A stretch of 64,000 bases of DNA. It comes from Octopus sinensis (taxonomy: Eukaryota). The position numbers and the translations under genes were made by a program. The stretch is from positions 17,174,001 to 17,238,000 of the forward strand of contig NC_043018.1 in the NCBI RefSeq assembly GCF_006345805.1. The letters are read 5' to 3'. Positions 13,221 to 25,471 of the stretch are shown piece by piece (positions within the stretch are counted from its first letter, which is position 1; every line of letters starts with the position of its first letter). Under the pieces are notes generated by a model, which saw only the letters and a list, made by a program, of their open reading frames with translations, had not been told where the DNA came from and ran no database searches.

Positions 13221-13653
13221 TGAAAATATTACAATCCTTGCTGAGAAGCACGCGGTATTAGCCAACACAAAGTCTGAGTTCGCTAAAGTTGATCAAAGCT
13301 AATGTTAAATGGCTGAGCAGATGCTGATTAACGCAGAGAATATAGCAAACATAACCGAGCAAATATATGTAAGAGTGGCTACTCTTACTGTTTCGATAGA
13401 GAGCAAAAATGCAAGTTCTTCACTTGCAGGACTTCTAGAGAAGAGCCCAATTCGTACCAAACACCACATTCACAACTAGATTAAGGAAACTGAGGCATCA
13501 GCAGAAATGATAACAACAACAGCAACAGGAACAAGGGAAGCAGTAAGAAGTCGTGCATCTGCAACATGCGGAGAAGTTGCTAGATCAGGTGCATTAAAAC
13601 AAAACCAAAACAAACGGTGCATAAAACAAACGACACATCATCAGGTTTGCACC

Positions 13654-13888
13654 TATTTCTTTACTACCCACAAGGGGCTAAACACAGATGGGACAAACAA
13701 AGACAGACAAACGGATCAAGTCGATTACATCGACCCCAGTGCGTTACTGGTACTTAATTTATCGACCCCGAAAGGATGAAAGGCAAAGTCGACCCCGGCG
13801 GAATTTGAACTCAGAACGTAACGCCAGACGATATACGGCTATGCATTTCACCCGACGTGCTAACGTTTCTTCCAGCTCGCTGCCCTAA
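13654..13888 (-). mobile_element. tRNA-derived SINE, family B, with perfect 17-bp TSD
   Basis: ATCATCAGGTTTGCACC at 13637-13653 and 13889-13905; B-box GAGTTCAAATTCC on the minus strand. Confidence 0.95.
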
Positions 13889-14104
13889 ATCATCAGGTTT
13901 GCACCGTTCATCTACCATTCCTCATTAAATGACAAAGAAAACAAGTGAAGAATGGGGAATGATATTTATATAGGGGACATGGGGTTAGTTTGGGAGCCAA
14001 ACCATTTGCTTCCTAGTATGAAGTCCGTAGAGAGAGATTTAGTAACCACCAGTGAAACGAAGATTATGGTAGTCTACTCTCTCTACGATCTAGGTACAAA
14101 CGCC

Positions 14105-14180
14105 ATCAAGGTCGATATTTCCTTTCATCTTTTCGGGGCCAATAACATAAGTGCCACTTGAGCACTGGAGTCGATGTAAT
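14105..14180 (+). mobile_element. Degenerate SINE family B core fragment
   Basis: GGTCGATATTTCCTTTCATCTTTTCGGGG..CACTGGAGTCGATGTAAT resembles the family B core. Confidence 0.55.
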
Positions 14181-14529
14181 ATAAGAATATTAATTGTAAA
14201 TGTATATTTCTTACTTTGGCAACTGGCAATTCACATGTGGGGATTTGTTAATCTATCATAACAATCTCGGTACTGATCTGGTACTTTATTTTATCTATCG
14301 CGAAATTATAACAACTACAAGTTTATCTTTGTAGGATTTGATCACTTAAAGCTAATATTTGTAATTAAATACACCAATAATTTTAGAGGGCGTGGTGTGA
14401 GGTATTTCAAAACTCTACCGTTCTTAATCAACCTTTGAGATTATTCATTAATGAAAGAATCATTAGAACAAAGAATGCATATTAATTCCTAAACTCCGTT
14501 TTGTTCTTTATGTTTTCATTTAAAATCAG

Positions 14530-14625
14530 GAAGCTAAGAGCGATTTTGCATTTATTCGGAACGAAGAGATAAATTATAAGCCAGTTAAGTCCTGGCACCA
14601 AATCCATTCACTTCAACTATACCCT
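14530..14625 (+). CDS. Candidate exon (EAKSDFAFIRNEEINYKPVKSWHQIHSLQLYP), product unknown
   Basis: Polypyrimidine acceptor ..tttcatttaaaatcag, donor |gtaagc, 96 nt open, phase 0-0. Confidence 0.45.
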
Positions 14626-14906
14626 GTAAGCATTTCCTTGCGTGTGGATATGTCGATGGAATATGTATGCTGCATTTGTCAAGAACTTTAGAGGGTAATT
14701 ATTGACTAATCCTCCGGGAAGGTGATGCATAATAATATTCTTAATGATGTAGAATTAAGTTCCAACGGGGATAACCGTTACAAGCAAATCTAAATCTAAG
14801 ATAATTAAGTATATATATATAATTTCATGTGCGAGAAGCAAAATATTCTACACAATGTTGTTTAAAATATTATTCGCAAAGAAATGACGAAAATTCATTT
14901 TGTAAG

Positions 14907-15031
14907 GTTTTTATCTATGATTCCAAACAACAAAGTTGGAAAGAGGAATATGACATATCCTTCGATCAGTTCTCTCTGATTGTTTACAATATTCGTAACG
15001 ATTCTGAGGTTACAGCTTGCTGTCAGATAAG
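14907..15031 (+). CDS. Candidate exon (VFIYDSKQQSWKEEYDISFDQFSLIVYNIRNDSEVTACCQI)
   Basis: In frame with the preceding exon across a 281-nt GT-AG intron; donor AAG|gtaaca; the AAG acceptor is weak. Confidence 0.4.
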
Positions 15032-15781
15032 GTAACATACCGACGGCTATATATCTCTGATATATACAGGGGTGTCTGTGCAAAAGTAGGTATACTATAA
15101 GTATTATATCAATGTTAGGATAATTCATTAAGATTATTAGCACATTAATACTGTATTCATTAGAATTATTAGTGCATTAAAAATTAATTCATTAAAATTA
15201 TTAGTACGTTAAATTATTTAGCCTCATTTTTGATATTTTCAGTGTCATTAATCATAATAATACATTTATCATAACTATTATAATAATCGAAATTTGTTAA
15301 ATGGAATTTTCTAACGAATAACCAGATTGTTTCATCACGTAATTCTACTTCCATTTTGACATTGTTTAGTTCGTATTCCGATGGTTATAAGACTTGTTAG
15401 TGTCATAAAGGGCCCCGAACATGTTCCAGACGTCGACGAACAGAGTAGGAGAGAAGGATTCACGTGTTTTTTTTTAATTCTGAATATGTCATTTGTAGGA
15501 GTAGATCCTAATCGAGTGAGTCTGGAAGCCAGGATGCGTTGCTGGCAGACATAGAGAAGATCGCTTCTGGTAATTAACATTTTTGTTTTGCGTTGAAAAT
15601 TGCTAGGCTAGTCTTTGTGACATCTCCGTGTCTAAAAAAAGCAAAACAAATTAAGCTATGTCGACACACGAGGTAGGCTGCAAGAGCGATCATAGAGAAT
15701 AGTATTTACATCCGGCCCAAAGTCTGACCCAACAAACCTGGTGCTGCTGTGTGGGATTTTTGCTGCCTATATTGATGAATG

Positions 15782-15979
15782 AAAAGCGGCGAGCTGGCAG
15801 GAACGTTAGCACGCCGTTCTGAGTTCAAATTCCGCCGAGGTCGACTTTGCCTTTCATCTTTTTGGGGTTGATAAATTAAGTACCAGTGACGCACTGGGAT
15901 CGACGTAATCGACTTAATCCGTTTGTCTGTCCTTGTTTGTCCCCTCTGTGATTAGCCCCTTTTGGGTAGTAAAGAAATA
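15782..15979 (+). mobile_element. SINE family B (internal deletion) with TSD
   Basis: TATATTGATGA at 15768-15778 and 15980-15990. Confidence 0.92.
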
Positions 15980-17349
15980 TATATTGATGAGTGATGCCAA
16001 GTTGTCCTGGTATCTCAAACTAGGGGAGAGAAACACCTACAGAGCTTCTGCCCAGACTGATGAGACGTAGTACAGCAACGCCCTCAACATACAAGGGATT
16101 ACTCGTACCATTCATGCTCTATATAATCAAGGTGACGTTTCGTCAAAGGACCGAGAAGTGACCGATAGAATAAGTAGCACATTGAAATACATATTACACT
16201 CCAGATAAACATATTCTCATCGCAAAAACTCCAACGATTGAAACTACTATCCCCTCTCCGTACACCTGCACTCCTCCATATATGTTGTTCAATCAATAAC
16301 TGAAGCATCGCGGTGATCCCAACTCCCCACGTCACATCCTCACATTTTATCACATCCATTCTCCAACTCAGTTAATCCCCAGACCAAGTGAACTTTGTCG
16401 TTTTTTTTTTATCACGCAAATTTTATCACGGCAATCAAAACCCAGACTACAATTCTTAAATAGTTAGTGTCTGTGAGTATGTATGTGTGGAATTAGACTT
16501 TTCTTTAAAGTTTCCTATTATTTATTTAACTATGTTTCTGCAAATCTGAACCTTGAGACGAAAGCAAAAGGAATAAATGAAATCAATCAATTTGATCAGA
16601 TGCATAATTCAAATATTTTTAATTTAGAACACACAGGATAGAAACGCTCCCTTACACGGGTCTATTGCTGCTAATTGGCTAAGGTGTATTATTTCACAGA
16701 ATTTCCTGACCATTGATCGCCATATTGAAACTCATTAATCGATTAATTTCGTCGCCGATAGCGAGTAAGAGACATTCTCAAATCAAAGGGAATCACTGTT
16801 TTCCTGGCATTTTAGGCCTCGTTCGTGGTCATCAATGTTTCCTTCTGTGAATATCCTTTAATATCTCATCCTTCCTTATCATGTTGCGCATAATACTCGT
16901 AATCAGTTAAAACAAGTCAGCGTAACTTTCCCGAAAATGCGTTCCCAGTACCAAGTGTATCATATCGTGAAGTAAATCCCTGTTTATGATTGCTTTGAAT
17001 TTAGGTCCGACATATCTGGATCTTTGCTTGCCCTTAAAAGTTCATCGCATATGCTTGTCATATTTAACCTCCTCATAGTCATAAAAAATCAAGTAGTTCT
17101 ATTTGGAGTCGATCGTTCGTTTTCTGCCACTTGTTTGTGACAGTTACTAACTTTCGTCTTTTACCCATGTGTCCCAAATTCTTCGAACAAAATGCACTCT
17201 ACAGAATACTCTCAGTATGTAGAAAAAAGATCTTCGTCCCGACGGCCTCCACCTTATATTTTCCCTTTCCCAATCCACAAGAAAGCGCAATTCTAGAAAA
17301 GCTCTGTTTTCGAGAGACATCAAACTTATAATGTCCTTTGGTATCCCAG

Positions 17350-17469
17350 GTACAACTTGTCATTCCTGATTACTTTAACACTCAAAACATTTCGTTCAAC
17401 AATATAACCTGGAATCTCGCTGATTCATTTGGGTTGACCCATATATATATGAAGAGCCTTGTTCTTCAG
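17350..17469 (+). CDS. Candidate exon (VQLVIPDYFNTQNISFNNITWNLADSFGLTHIYMKSLVLQ)
   Basis: Acceptor tcctttggtatcccag, donor CAG|gtaaat, 120 nt open, phase 0-0, two N-x-S/T sequons. Confidence 0.45.
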
Positions 17470-17478
17470 GTAAATGTA

Positions 17479-18290
17479 AAGACATATACAGAAATACCCT
17501 CAAAGAAATTAATCTATATTCCTGTAACAGTGTGATAATAACCTTCGCAAGATGCCACTAAAATAGCAGAAAAAAGTATTATATTAAAATATTCGAAGTT
17601 AGCGGTTAGCCATAGCAATCAGAATTTACTTTTTCTCTCTAATATGTTTTGGAAAATATGCATAATTGACAGAAACTATGTCATTTAAAGTGACTTTTCA
17701 ATTCTATTTGAGAGCAAAATGCGCACTATATGTGACATTTGTGTAAAGGTAAGAATAGAAACCCACTTGCAGACTAGGTTCGACATTGGCTTAAATCAAA
17801 CGTGGAATTATCTGCGGTTTTTTAATATTTTTTATGTTTATATTTCTATATTAATCTTTTTGTAATTTTATTTTGTATTTTTCATACTTTATTATATATG
17901 CAAAAATCGAGATAAGATGAAATTGAAGAATGTAATGATGCGATGTTTATGACACATCTAATGATATAAATGATGGGAAACTTTAACACACTTTAACCAG
18001 AATTCACAACCTGCTCATATAGAATTGCTTAACCAGAAATTTAAATCTACTTAAATGCTCTTATCCATCTATAGCTAACGAATACAATTAATAGTTTCTG
18101 TCAATTATGCATGTTTTCCAAAAAATATTAGAGAGAAAAAGTAAATTCTGATTGCTATGGCTAACCGCTAACTTCGAATATTTTAATATAATATTTTTTC
18201 TGATATTTTAGTGGCATCTTGCGAAGGTTATTATCACACTGTTACAGGAATATAGATTAATTTCTTTGGGGGTATTTCTGTATATGTCTT
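17479..18290. repeat. Long inverted repeat: ~200-bp arms (17479-17679 and 18091-18290), 411-bp spacer
   Basis: Arms are reverse complements with about 5 differences by manual alignment. Confidence 0.95.
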
Positions 18291-18322
18291 GTTTTCTTTT
18301 ATTTTTACACTTTTCAATTCAG

Positions 18323-18395
18323 TCGTTCATCTTGGAGAATATGCTACTTTCAAAGAATATTCGTGCCAAACCAACTAGAATAACTGAAAGCAAAA
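18323..18395 (+). CDS. Candidate exon (SFILENMLLSKNIRAKPTRITESK)
   Basis: Very strong acceptor (ttttcttttatttttacacttttcaattcag), donor |gtaaat, in frame with 17350-17469. Confidence 0.4.
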
Positions 18396-18744
18396 GTAAA
18401 TTTCCTCAAAAGATCTAGAGAACGTTGGAAAATTTCTAATACTACCGGCATATTGAGGTAATATTATGAATACATTTGGCGACTATGCGAACGAAAAAAC
18501 ATTTCGAATTCTATAGGCTGACAGATATGAAAGGATATTAGACAGGCACGAAAGGATGTGTGAGCGTGTGCGCGCGCGCATGCGTGTACAAATATACATC
18601 CGCGGGTGTACATAAGGCATTAATATTCACATGCACATCTATGTCTCTCACTCATATTCTCACTCTTCCATTCCCTCACCCTGTTGATCTCCCCTTCTTT
18701 CTCTATCTATCTATCTATCTATCACTCTCTCACTATGTGTATGT

Positions 18745-18810
18745 ATATATATGTATATATACATATATATGTATCCATGTATATATATATACATATATAT
18801 ATATACATAC

Positions 18811-18873
<63 letters not shown>

Positions 18874-18969
18874 CATACACATATATACATATATATATAT
18901 ATATATGTATATATATATGTATATATATATATATATATATGTATGCATATATATATACATATATATATA

Positions 18970-19010
<41 letters not shown>

Positions 19011-19016
19011 ATATAT

Positions 19017-19078
<62 letters not shown>
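18745..19078. repeat. Interrupted (TA)n microsatellite
   Basis: Seen directly. Confidence 0.97.
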
Positions 19079-19081
<3 letters not shown>

Positions 19082-19443
19082 GTTTGGGTTTGGTGATTGC
19101 TCCGCGTATGTGGGTGCGTTACGTATGTAATTTGAGTGTGCGTTAAAAAAAAAAAATCAGTAAAGTATACCAAAGTATTGCCAAATGTCAAATTGAATAT
19201 TTTGGTAATTTTTTTTGTCTGACAAAGAAAGGCAAAGCAGAGCGGATGGATATTATTGATTAATCTATTGATCGAGCTGTCGGACCACAAAGAACCGACA
19301 CGTTGCTAGAATCATGAAAAGAAACAAAAATTGTGCCTGACTGTGAGAAAATGGTAACTTTGGCAGACAACATATACTAAAGCTTTGTTGTGCTGCATAG
19401 AACAGTTCCAATTGTAAGCTACCAGATAAGTATCCTCTCACTC

Positions 19444-19517
<74 letters not shown>
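19444..19517. repeat. (AGAT)n microsatellite (a second tract at 19851-19915)
   Basis: Seen directly. Confidence 0.97.
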
Positions 19518-19518
<1 letters not shown>

Positions 19519-19810
19519 TGTTTCTTCATTAGCCACACAGGGCTGCACACAGACAGGACAGATTACAAGGTAGAGCTTTTCTTTTGGGGGTAAAAAAGGT
19601 GGTTTCGTTTTCGATCAAAAGGTATCGTAAATGGAAAGAAAGAGGACAAAAAAGATGGGGGATAACATTTAAAAAAAGGGTTGGGGAATTGATCAATAGG
19701 GATCGTTATCACAGAAATGTCAATATGAAGTGTAAAGGGGAGGACAGGTGGGGTTTATCCGTGGAAAGAAAAACCTACGGAAAAGACCACGGTATCCTCG
19801 GTCAATGAAG
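19518..19810 (-). mobile_element. Probable 3' end of a LINE (L1/Tx1-like)
   Basis: Minus strand ends ..CTTGTAATCTGTCC..GCCCTGTGTGGCTAATGAAGAAAC directly before a microsatellite tail, similar in style to the family B SINE tail. Family assignment is from recollection only. Confidence 0.4.
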
Positions 19811-19851
19811 TCACATGTTATATTTCTTTTTTTTTTTTGCAAATAAGAAAC

Positions 19852-19917
<66 letters not shown>

Positions 19918-19939
19918 CACACATATATACGTCTGCGCC

Positions 19940-20180
19940 TGAGTAATCGTAGCATAGTAATTAAGCCGTTGGTCTCACAATCACTCGATCGTTCGTTCCA
20001 TTCAGAGGCCGGGCCGCGCTTTGAGTTCTTGAGCAAGACCCTTCAGGCGCCTTTTAATTGTAGGGTGGAATTTTGAGCTAATCGACTAGCGAAAAGCGTG
20101 GCGTCATTCTACGCGAAACTACGCAAATTACATCGGGAGCAGGGATTCTGATAGTCTGGTCGGACACATGATCACGAAAT
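19940..20180 (+). mobile_element. Degenerate SINE with family D tail
   Basis: GTGGCGTCATT..GATAGTCTGGTCGGACACATGATCACG matches the tails at 47.2 and 49.3 kb. Confidence 0.55.
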
Positions 20181-20298
20181 ATCTATCTATCTATCTAATT
20201 TTTTAACCCCGAGAGGACATTCACCTCTAGCTAGTTAACGATGCAGAACTACGTGAGATAAATTTCGAACAATAACCCCGACTGTGAGTTCGTTCGAA

Positions 20299-20335
<37 letters not shown>

Positions 20336-20354
20336 GGTGTGTGTGTGTGTGTGT

Positions 20355-20694
20355 GTGGTGAGCAGAAGCGAGCTACTGCCGTGTCTAGAACACAAGGTGT
20401 CCGGTACTGAAGTGTGGCAGAAATAGCCCGAATTCAGGACTGGTCTACTGGTCCTGTCTCTAGAATGTGGTAAGGGTTCGCTCTACTGCTCGCAAATTAT
20501 CAGATGTAGCTCTGCATTATTAAGCAACAACAGGTTAAGAATTCGCAGGAGAGCCCACTTGAATGGACAGCCATATGGAAATGGCTAACATATGGAATGT
20601 TACTTATCAATACAACTACTGCGTTTGTCACTTACAGGGATCTTAGATCTAGCATTTTTGCTTGTTGCAAAATCAGAGACTGTGTGTTCGCTTG

Positions 20695-20750
<56 letters not shown>

Positions 20751-21055
20751 CGAGAAGAGACGATCTGCTATCATCACTAGCAGACAAGATGTCCAATACT
20801 GAGGAGTGGCAGAAATAGCCCTAAACCAGGAATTAAGCGCTGGAGTCATCGCTAGACGATGGAAGAAGTTCGTTCCCCTGCCTGTAATTTTATCAGATGC
20901 AATGATTTATCGTTATCCAGTTAGAGGAACTCTCCTCTTCGGGTTAAAAAGTCGCAGTAGATTCCCTTTGGCACGGTCATCCTTGTTAAAGTGGCTACGT
21001 TTATCCCTACTGCGTTGATCTCTTAGAGAGATTTTAGAACTAGCATTTTTGCTTT
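20355..21055 (+). mobile_element. Two diverged tandem units (392-bp period), each with an HHR-like motif
   Basis: Shared blocks TACTGA-G-GTGGCAGAAATAGCCC, TTATCAGATG, GGTTAA-AA-TCGCAG, CTACTGCGTT and CTAGCATTTTTGCTT; units separated by (TA)n. Confidence 0.75.
20401..20451 (+). ncRNA. Type I hammerhead motif with two lesions (A9U, A15.1U)
   Basis: CCGGUA CUGAAGU G-U-GGC[AGAAAUA]GCCC GAAU UCAG[GA]CUGG UC/UACUGG: 6-bp stem I, stem III, GUC triplet. The second unit (20793-20843) keeps CUGAGGA and ACCAG. Confidence 0.6.
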
Positions 21056-21469
21056 AACACACACACGTATACATACACACATATATATATACAGATTTCT
21101 ATAGTTGAATATCTCCCCTGTTATTCATAAAGCTATAAAGTTACGTATACACGCATGCACACACACACAAACACGCACACACACATACCCACAAATCCAT
21201 CTATATAACACCATTACAATGACGTATAAACTGTTGCTAAGCTCTTGTTAAATCAATTCTGGTTTCTCGCAAGTTTTCCTTCTTTCGCCCCCTACGCTTT
21301 AACCTTTCTTTAATACATTAATATCTGTGAAGTTTCTGCCGAAAAATCGTGTTTAGTTGACTAAATTTTGACTGTTGTACAAAAAGAAAGCATTGTGTCC
21401 ATGAGAAACTTTCAATAAAAGTGTCAAAAATTAATTTGCATTCAAATGTTTACATTACCGAAAATAACG

Positions 21470-22205
21470 ACATCCACAAAAGTGGTCACGGTCTTCTTGA
21501 ATTTATTTTTTCCTAAAGAAAAATACAAATATTCACCTACAAACTTCTAATGTAGGAGGATTGTGTAATCTCAGCACATATGGACTGCCACCTCATGTAG
21601 AAATAGAGCAAGTATATTACAAACATTGTGTAGGATGTCGGCGTAATTCCATCTACTGTCCTCGACTTAACAAATGTCGACTTCCTGGACATAACCTTGG
21701 ACCTTTAAGCGAGCAATGATTTTATATGCTACCACCTCTCTCAGTTATAATTTGAAACCTAGTAACAATATCAGCAGCACAATATCCAGTCTCTCAATCA
21801 ACAGACAGGTCTCCAACGGAGCCGTAATTTCTCATAATGTGGCTGTATTTAGGACGATGTGATTTTACTGATATCGTAATATATATGGATGACATCCACA
21901 CTCTCAAAAACGAAGTATCATTGAAAGAGAAAAATATTCCGCTTTAATCCCCTATCCTATATTAAAAATTTTCATTTAATATAGCTAAATGAGTATTATC
22001 ACTAATTAACCTAATTAAACAGCATTTCTTAAGAATTTATAGATACCAGGAAGTCGTTATCATGCCTCATGAGAAGACTAGATGCTCCTGCTTGCTAAAT
22101 GCCCTTTTCCGCCATTCTACAACACAACAAAAGAAAAACTAACAGCCACGCATTTTTCAGCCCGCTGTGCAATCTCTAATTGCCGGAATTCAGCTTTCTG
22201 CCCAC
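21470..22205 (+). mobile_element. Decayed Penelope-like retroelement (RT C-terminus to Cys linker)
   Basis: VDFLDITLDL (21676), KRKIFRFNPLS (21925; cf. IIWFNPPYS) and NCRNSAFCP (22177; cf. CNCR..CP). Confidence 0.7.
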
Positions 22206-22975
22206 ACGCAATGGATATATTAAGGCTCATATTTATACATTCACACGCTATCTGAAATGACCAACTGGCAATCGAAATTCAGTAATTAAGTTTACGTAAA
22301 GGAAGGACGTTAAATAACGACATTTTCTAACATAAATACTACATATAACAGAATCTTTGTCTGTGGTATACGAAGTCAATCCCACATTATCCGATGTTCG
22401 TATTAGACACTGCAGAGAGGCGACATCTAGTGACTTATAGTGGTGATTTAAGTAACACACGTACTGTTTTTAGATGTAGGTATACGGATAACTCTCCATA
22501 TAGAGATCTGGAGACAGGGAAACAGTCCAAGAAGCAACAAACACAGGGTACTCCTTACTCTCCAGATGTTCTTAATTGGCAACCAAACCACCACGCATGT
22601 AGGCCAGTATTCTGCAGTGTCCACCAAGTATATAAAAGTCCATAACTACCATTTTTACGAGAGGTACATCCTCTGATGCCCAATAACCTGAAAATACTAC
22701 ACCAGGCCATTTTCACACATAATTGCAGGGAATATAATCTCTGATGCAGGTAGAGAGATTACAGCTTCTTATCCCTCCAGTAGATAAGCTTAGCACGCAA
22801 ATGCATTTGTAGACTGAAACACGCAATGGGTGTACTAAGGCTCATATTTAAACATTTACATGCTATCTGAAATGACAAACTGGCTATCGAAACTCAGCAA
22901 TTATGTTTATGTAAAGGAAGGACGTTAAATAACGACATTTCTTAACATAAATACTATATGTATCAGACTCTATTC
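22203..22975 (+). repeat. Direct repeat of ~155 bp (22203-22360 and 22819-22975)
   Basis: CACGCAATGG..AAGGCTCATATTTA..GCTATCTGAAATGAC..GTAAAGGAAGGACGTTAAATAACGACATT present twice, about 85% identical. Confidence 0.9.
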
Positions 22976-23346
22976 GCTAACCAAAATGACAACCCGTATC
23001 GCATTTTCTCCAAGTATTTATGTTCGTGTTCCATTGGATTAGAAGTGCAATAGCCAGAAAGCAGAAAGCTAATGAAAACTAGCTCCGGAACAGTAAAGGT
23101 TCGTTTAATTGACTATATATTTGATGTGGATTATTCCAGTTTGGTAGCGGAAATACAGAGAATACTCTATATCGATTATTGTAAATCCGTTTCGATTAAC
23201 CAAACATTGTTGTCAGGCATATCAAAAAACAAGAATTGAGCGCGAAGGGTCAGTCTCAAATATCCCTGATAAAGAATGATCAACACTGATCTTCAACACC
23301 CTTCTAGCGTGTAAAAGTAGTTTTCTCTTGTGTTTAAATACACACA

Positions 23347-23403
<57 letters not shown>

Positions 23404-23404
23404 C

Positions 23405-23459
<55 letters not shown>

Positions 23460-23643
23460 ATAATATATATATAAAAATACAAAATGGGACAAGAACGCAA
23501 AACATTCAAGTAGACGACACAAAAAACGGACGGGTCATTCGATGCCTCTAATCTTCAGTCAAGAACCGGATCATCCTTGCAATTTCGGCTGATATATATA
23601 TATATATAAATATAAATATTACAACTTTCACACTACCTACATT

Positions 23644-23788
23644 CCTTCTTCTTCTTCTTCTTCTTCTTCTTCTTCTTCTTCTTCTTCTTCTTCTTCTTCT
23701 TCTTCTTCTTCTTCTTCTTCTTCTTCTTCTTCTTCTTCTTCTTCTTCTTCTTCTTCTTCTTCTTCTTCTTCTTCTTCTTCTTCTTCTT
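23644..23788. repeat. Pure (TTC)n microsatellite
   Basis: About 48 units; source of the poly-K and poly-E ORFs. Confidence 0.98.
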
Positions 23789-24675
23789 TATCTCCTTCCG
23801 TCTCCTTCCTAACTTTACCACTATTGCTGTTTAGAAAAACACCTACTGCTAAAAATATCATATCTGAAACAACAGAGGCGAAACTGTGAATATAAATTCC
23901 CCCACAACTCCCTCATCCAAATATAGACACCACCGGAATGGTTATAAGTTTCAATGCATGAAAAAGATACCCAGTTAAGTCTCTACTACTTGCTAAACTC
24001 TCTCAAAGTGCAAGCAGCAACGCACTTTAGTAGAAGATTCAAAATTTTATCGATCTATCGTTGAGGACAAAATATGTAAATTCCGTATATGAATTTAATT
24101 ACTTCAATACAGAAATTAAGAAAGAATAATGATGATAAATCGATGGAAGAGAAATCCTGCAACTGTATTTTTCATAAGAATGAATATTTTGGTTAAGCTT
24201 TTAATACGCGTCAAAGAAAACCATCTTTCTTGTTTAGTTCTTAATTTTAATCCGAATTCCAATCACGAACTTCCCTCTCACTCCAACGAGAACAGAAATT
24301 GGAAACAAAATACATACATATATACATCTATTTGAAAACATACATGATTAGCTATACGCAAACATGCGATAGAATAATGAGATTCAGAATTAAAAGGGAA
24401 ACATTGCGAATAACATAAACTATATATACACAGTTTGAGAACGACGTGTAGTGTGTCCACTTGTAGATTATGATATATCGAAATATAGCGTTGCAAAGCC
24501 AAATGCATTTTATGTTATGCAGATTCTAACTGGTTTCCAAATGTGAGCAAACAGAAATTAAACGGAAGCAGATATTTCTCTGCATTTGGGAGCCGATTGA
24601 GTTTAGTTTGTCTGAAATGAATGAAATTTAGTTCACTTGGCATCTTTAACATTCAAGCTGTTAAACCATATATAT

Positions 24676-24906
24676 ATTTCTTTACTACCCACAAGGGGCT
24701 ACACACAGAGGGGACAAACAAGGACAGACAAGCGGATTAAGTCGATTACATCGACCCCAGTGCGTAGCTGGTACTTAATTTATCGACCCCGAAAGGATGA
24801 AAGGCAAAGTCAACCTCGGCGGAATTTGAACTCAGAACGTAACGGCAGACGAAATACTGCTACGTATTTCGCCCGGCGTGCTAACGTTTCTGCCAACTCG
24901 CTGCCT
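24676..24906 (-). mobile_element. SINE family B with near-perfect TSD
   Basis: TTAAAC(C/T)ATATAT on both flanks. Confidence 0.92.
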
Positions 24907-25471
24907 TTTAAACTATATATATGTTTGTGTGTGTGTGTGTGTGCGCGTGCACTTGTTTGTGCGTACGTATGTGCATGCATGTGTATGTATATATGTGTGT
25001 GTGTGTGAGAAAGAGAGGGATAGAGTATTTGAGTATTTATGCGTGAATTGTTGTGCATGTGCATGGCGTTGAAGAAATACGCCTATAAGTTTCAAAAGTT
25101 CTTTCCTTAAGAGTAATTGATTAGGTTTTAAATTATTTTATTTCTTTGGAAGGTGTAGGACATCATTGTCGCAAAATCAAAACCAATGAATCTCCATCTT
25201 TTTTGCATTTATCTAAAATCAGTATTTAGCCAGTGTTGATAAAAATGGATTGGATAAAAATGGCAACGGTACTATACACTGGCTGTTAACTCCGAACGCA
25301 TAAATAACTCGTGAAGGTTTCCCGACGTGTGGTCATTCATGGCTAGGCAACACGGCTTTTCAAACTGTGAAATAACGGCAAAACTGTAAGGAAGTTCATC
25401 TCAGTCCACGTTTTTTTAATGCAAGACTTCAACATCCAGCGGTTTGCGTGGAGCTTGTCTTATATTTTCCA

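Noticed and set aside
13225-14100. Possible decayed LTR gag/protease region
   Set aside because: Only vague resemblance; no diagnostic motif recovered.
16780-17330. Possible LINE endonuclease remnant on the minus strand
   Set aside because: Too degenerate to support.
23520-23600. CUGAAGA..GAAU motif on the minus strand of a short repeat
   Set aside because: Stem I and stem II do not pair; at best a heavily decayed hammerhead.
10212-24542. Micro-exon candidates at 10212-10241 and 24523-24542 that could extend the plus-strand gene model
   Set aside because: Short AG..GT segments with an open frame are abundant by chance; chaining them would be over-fitting.
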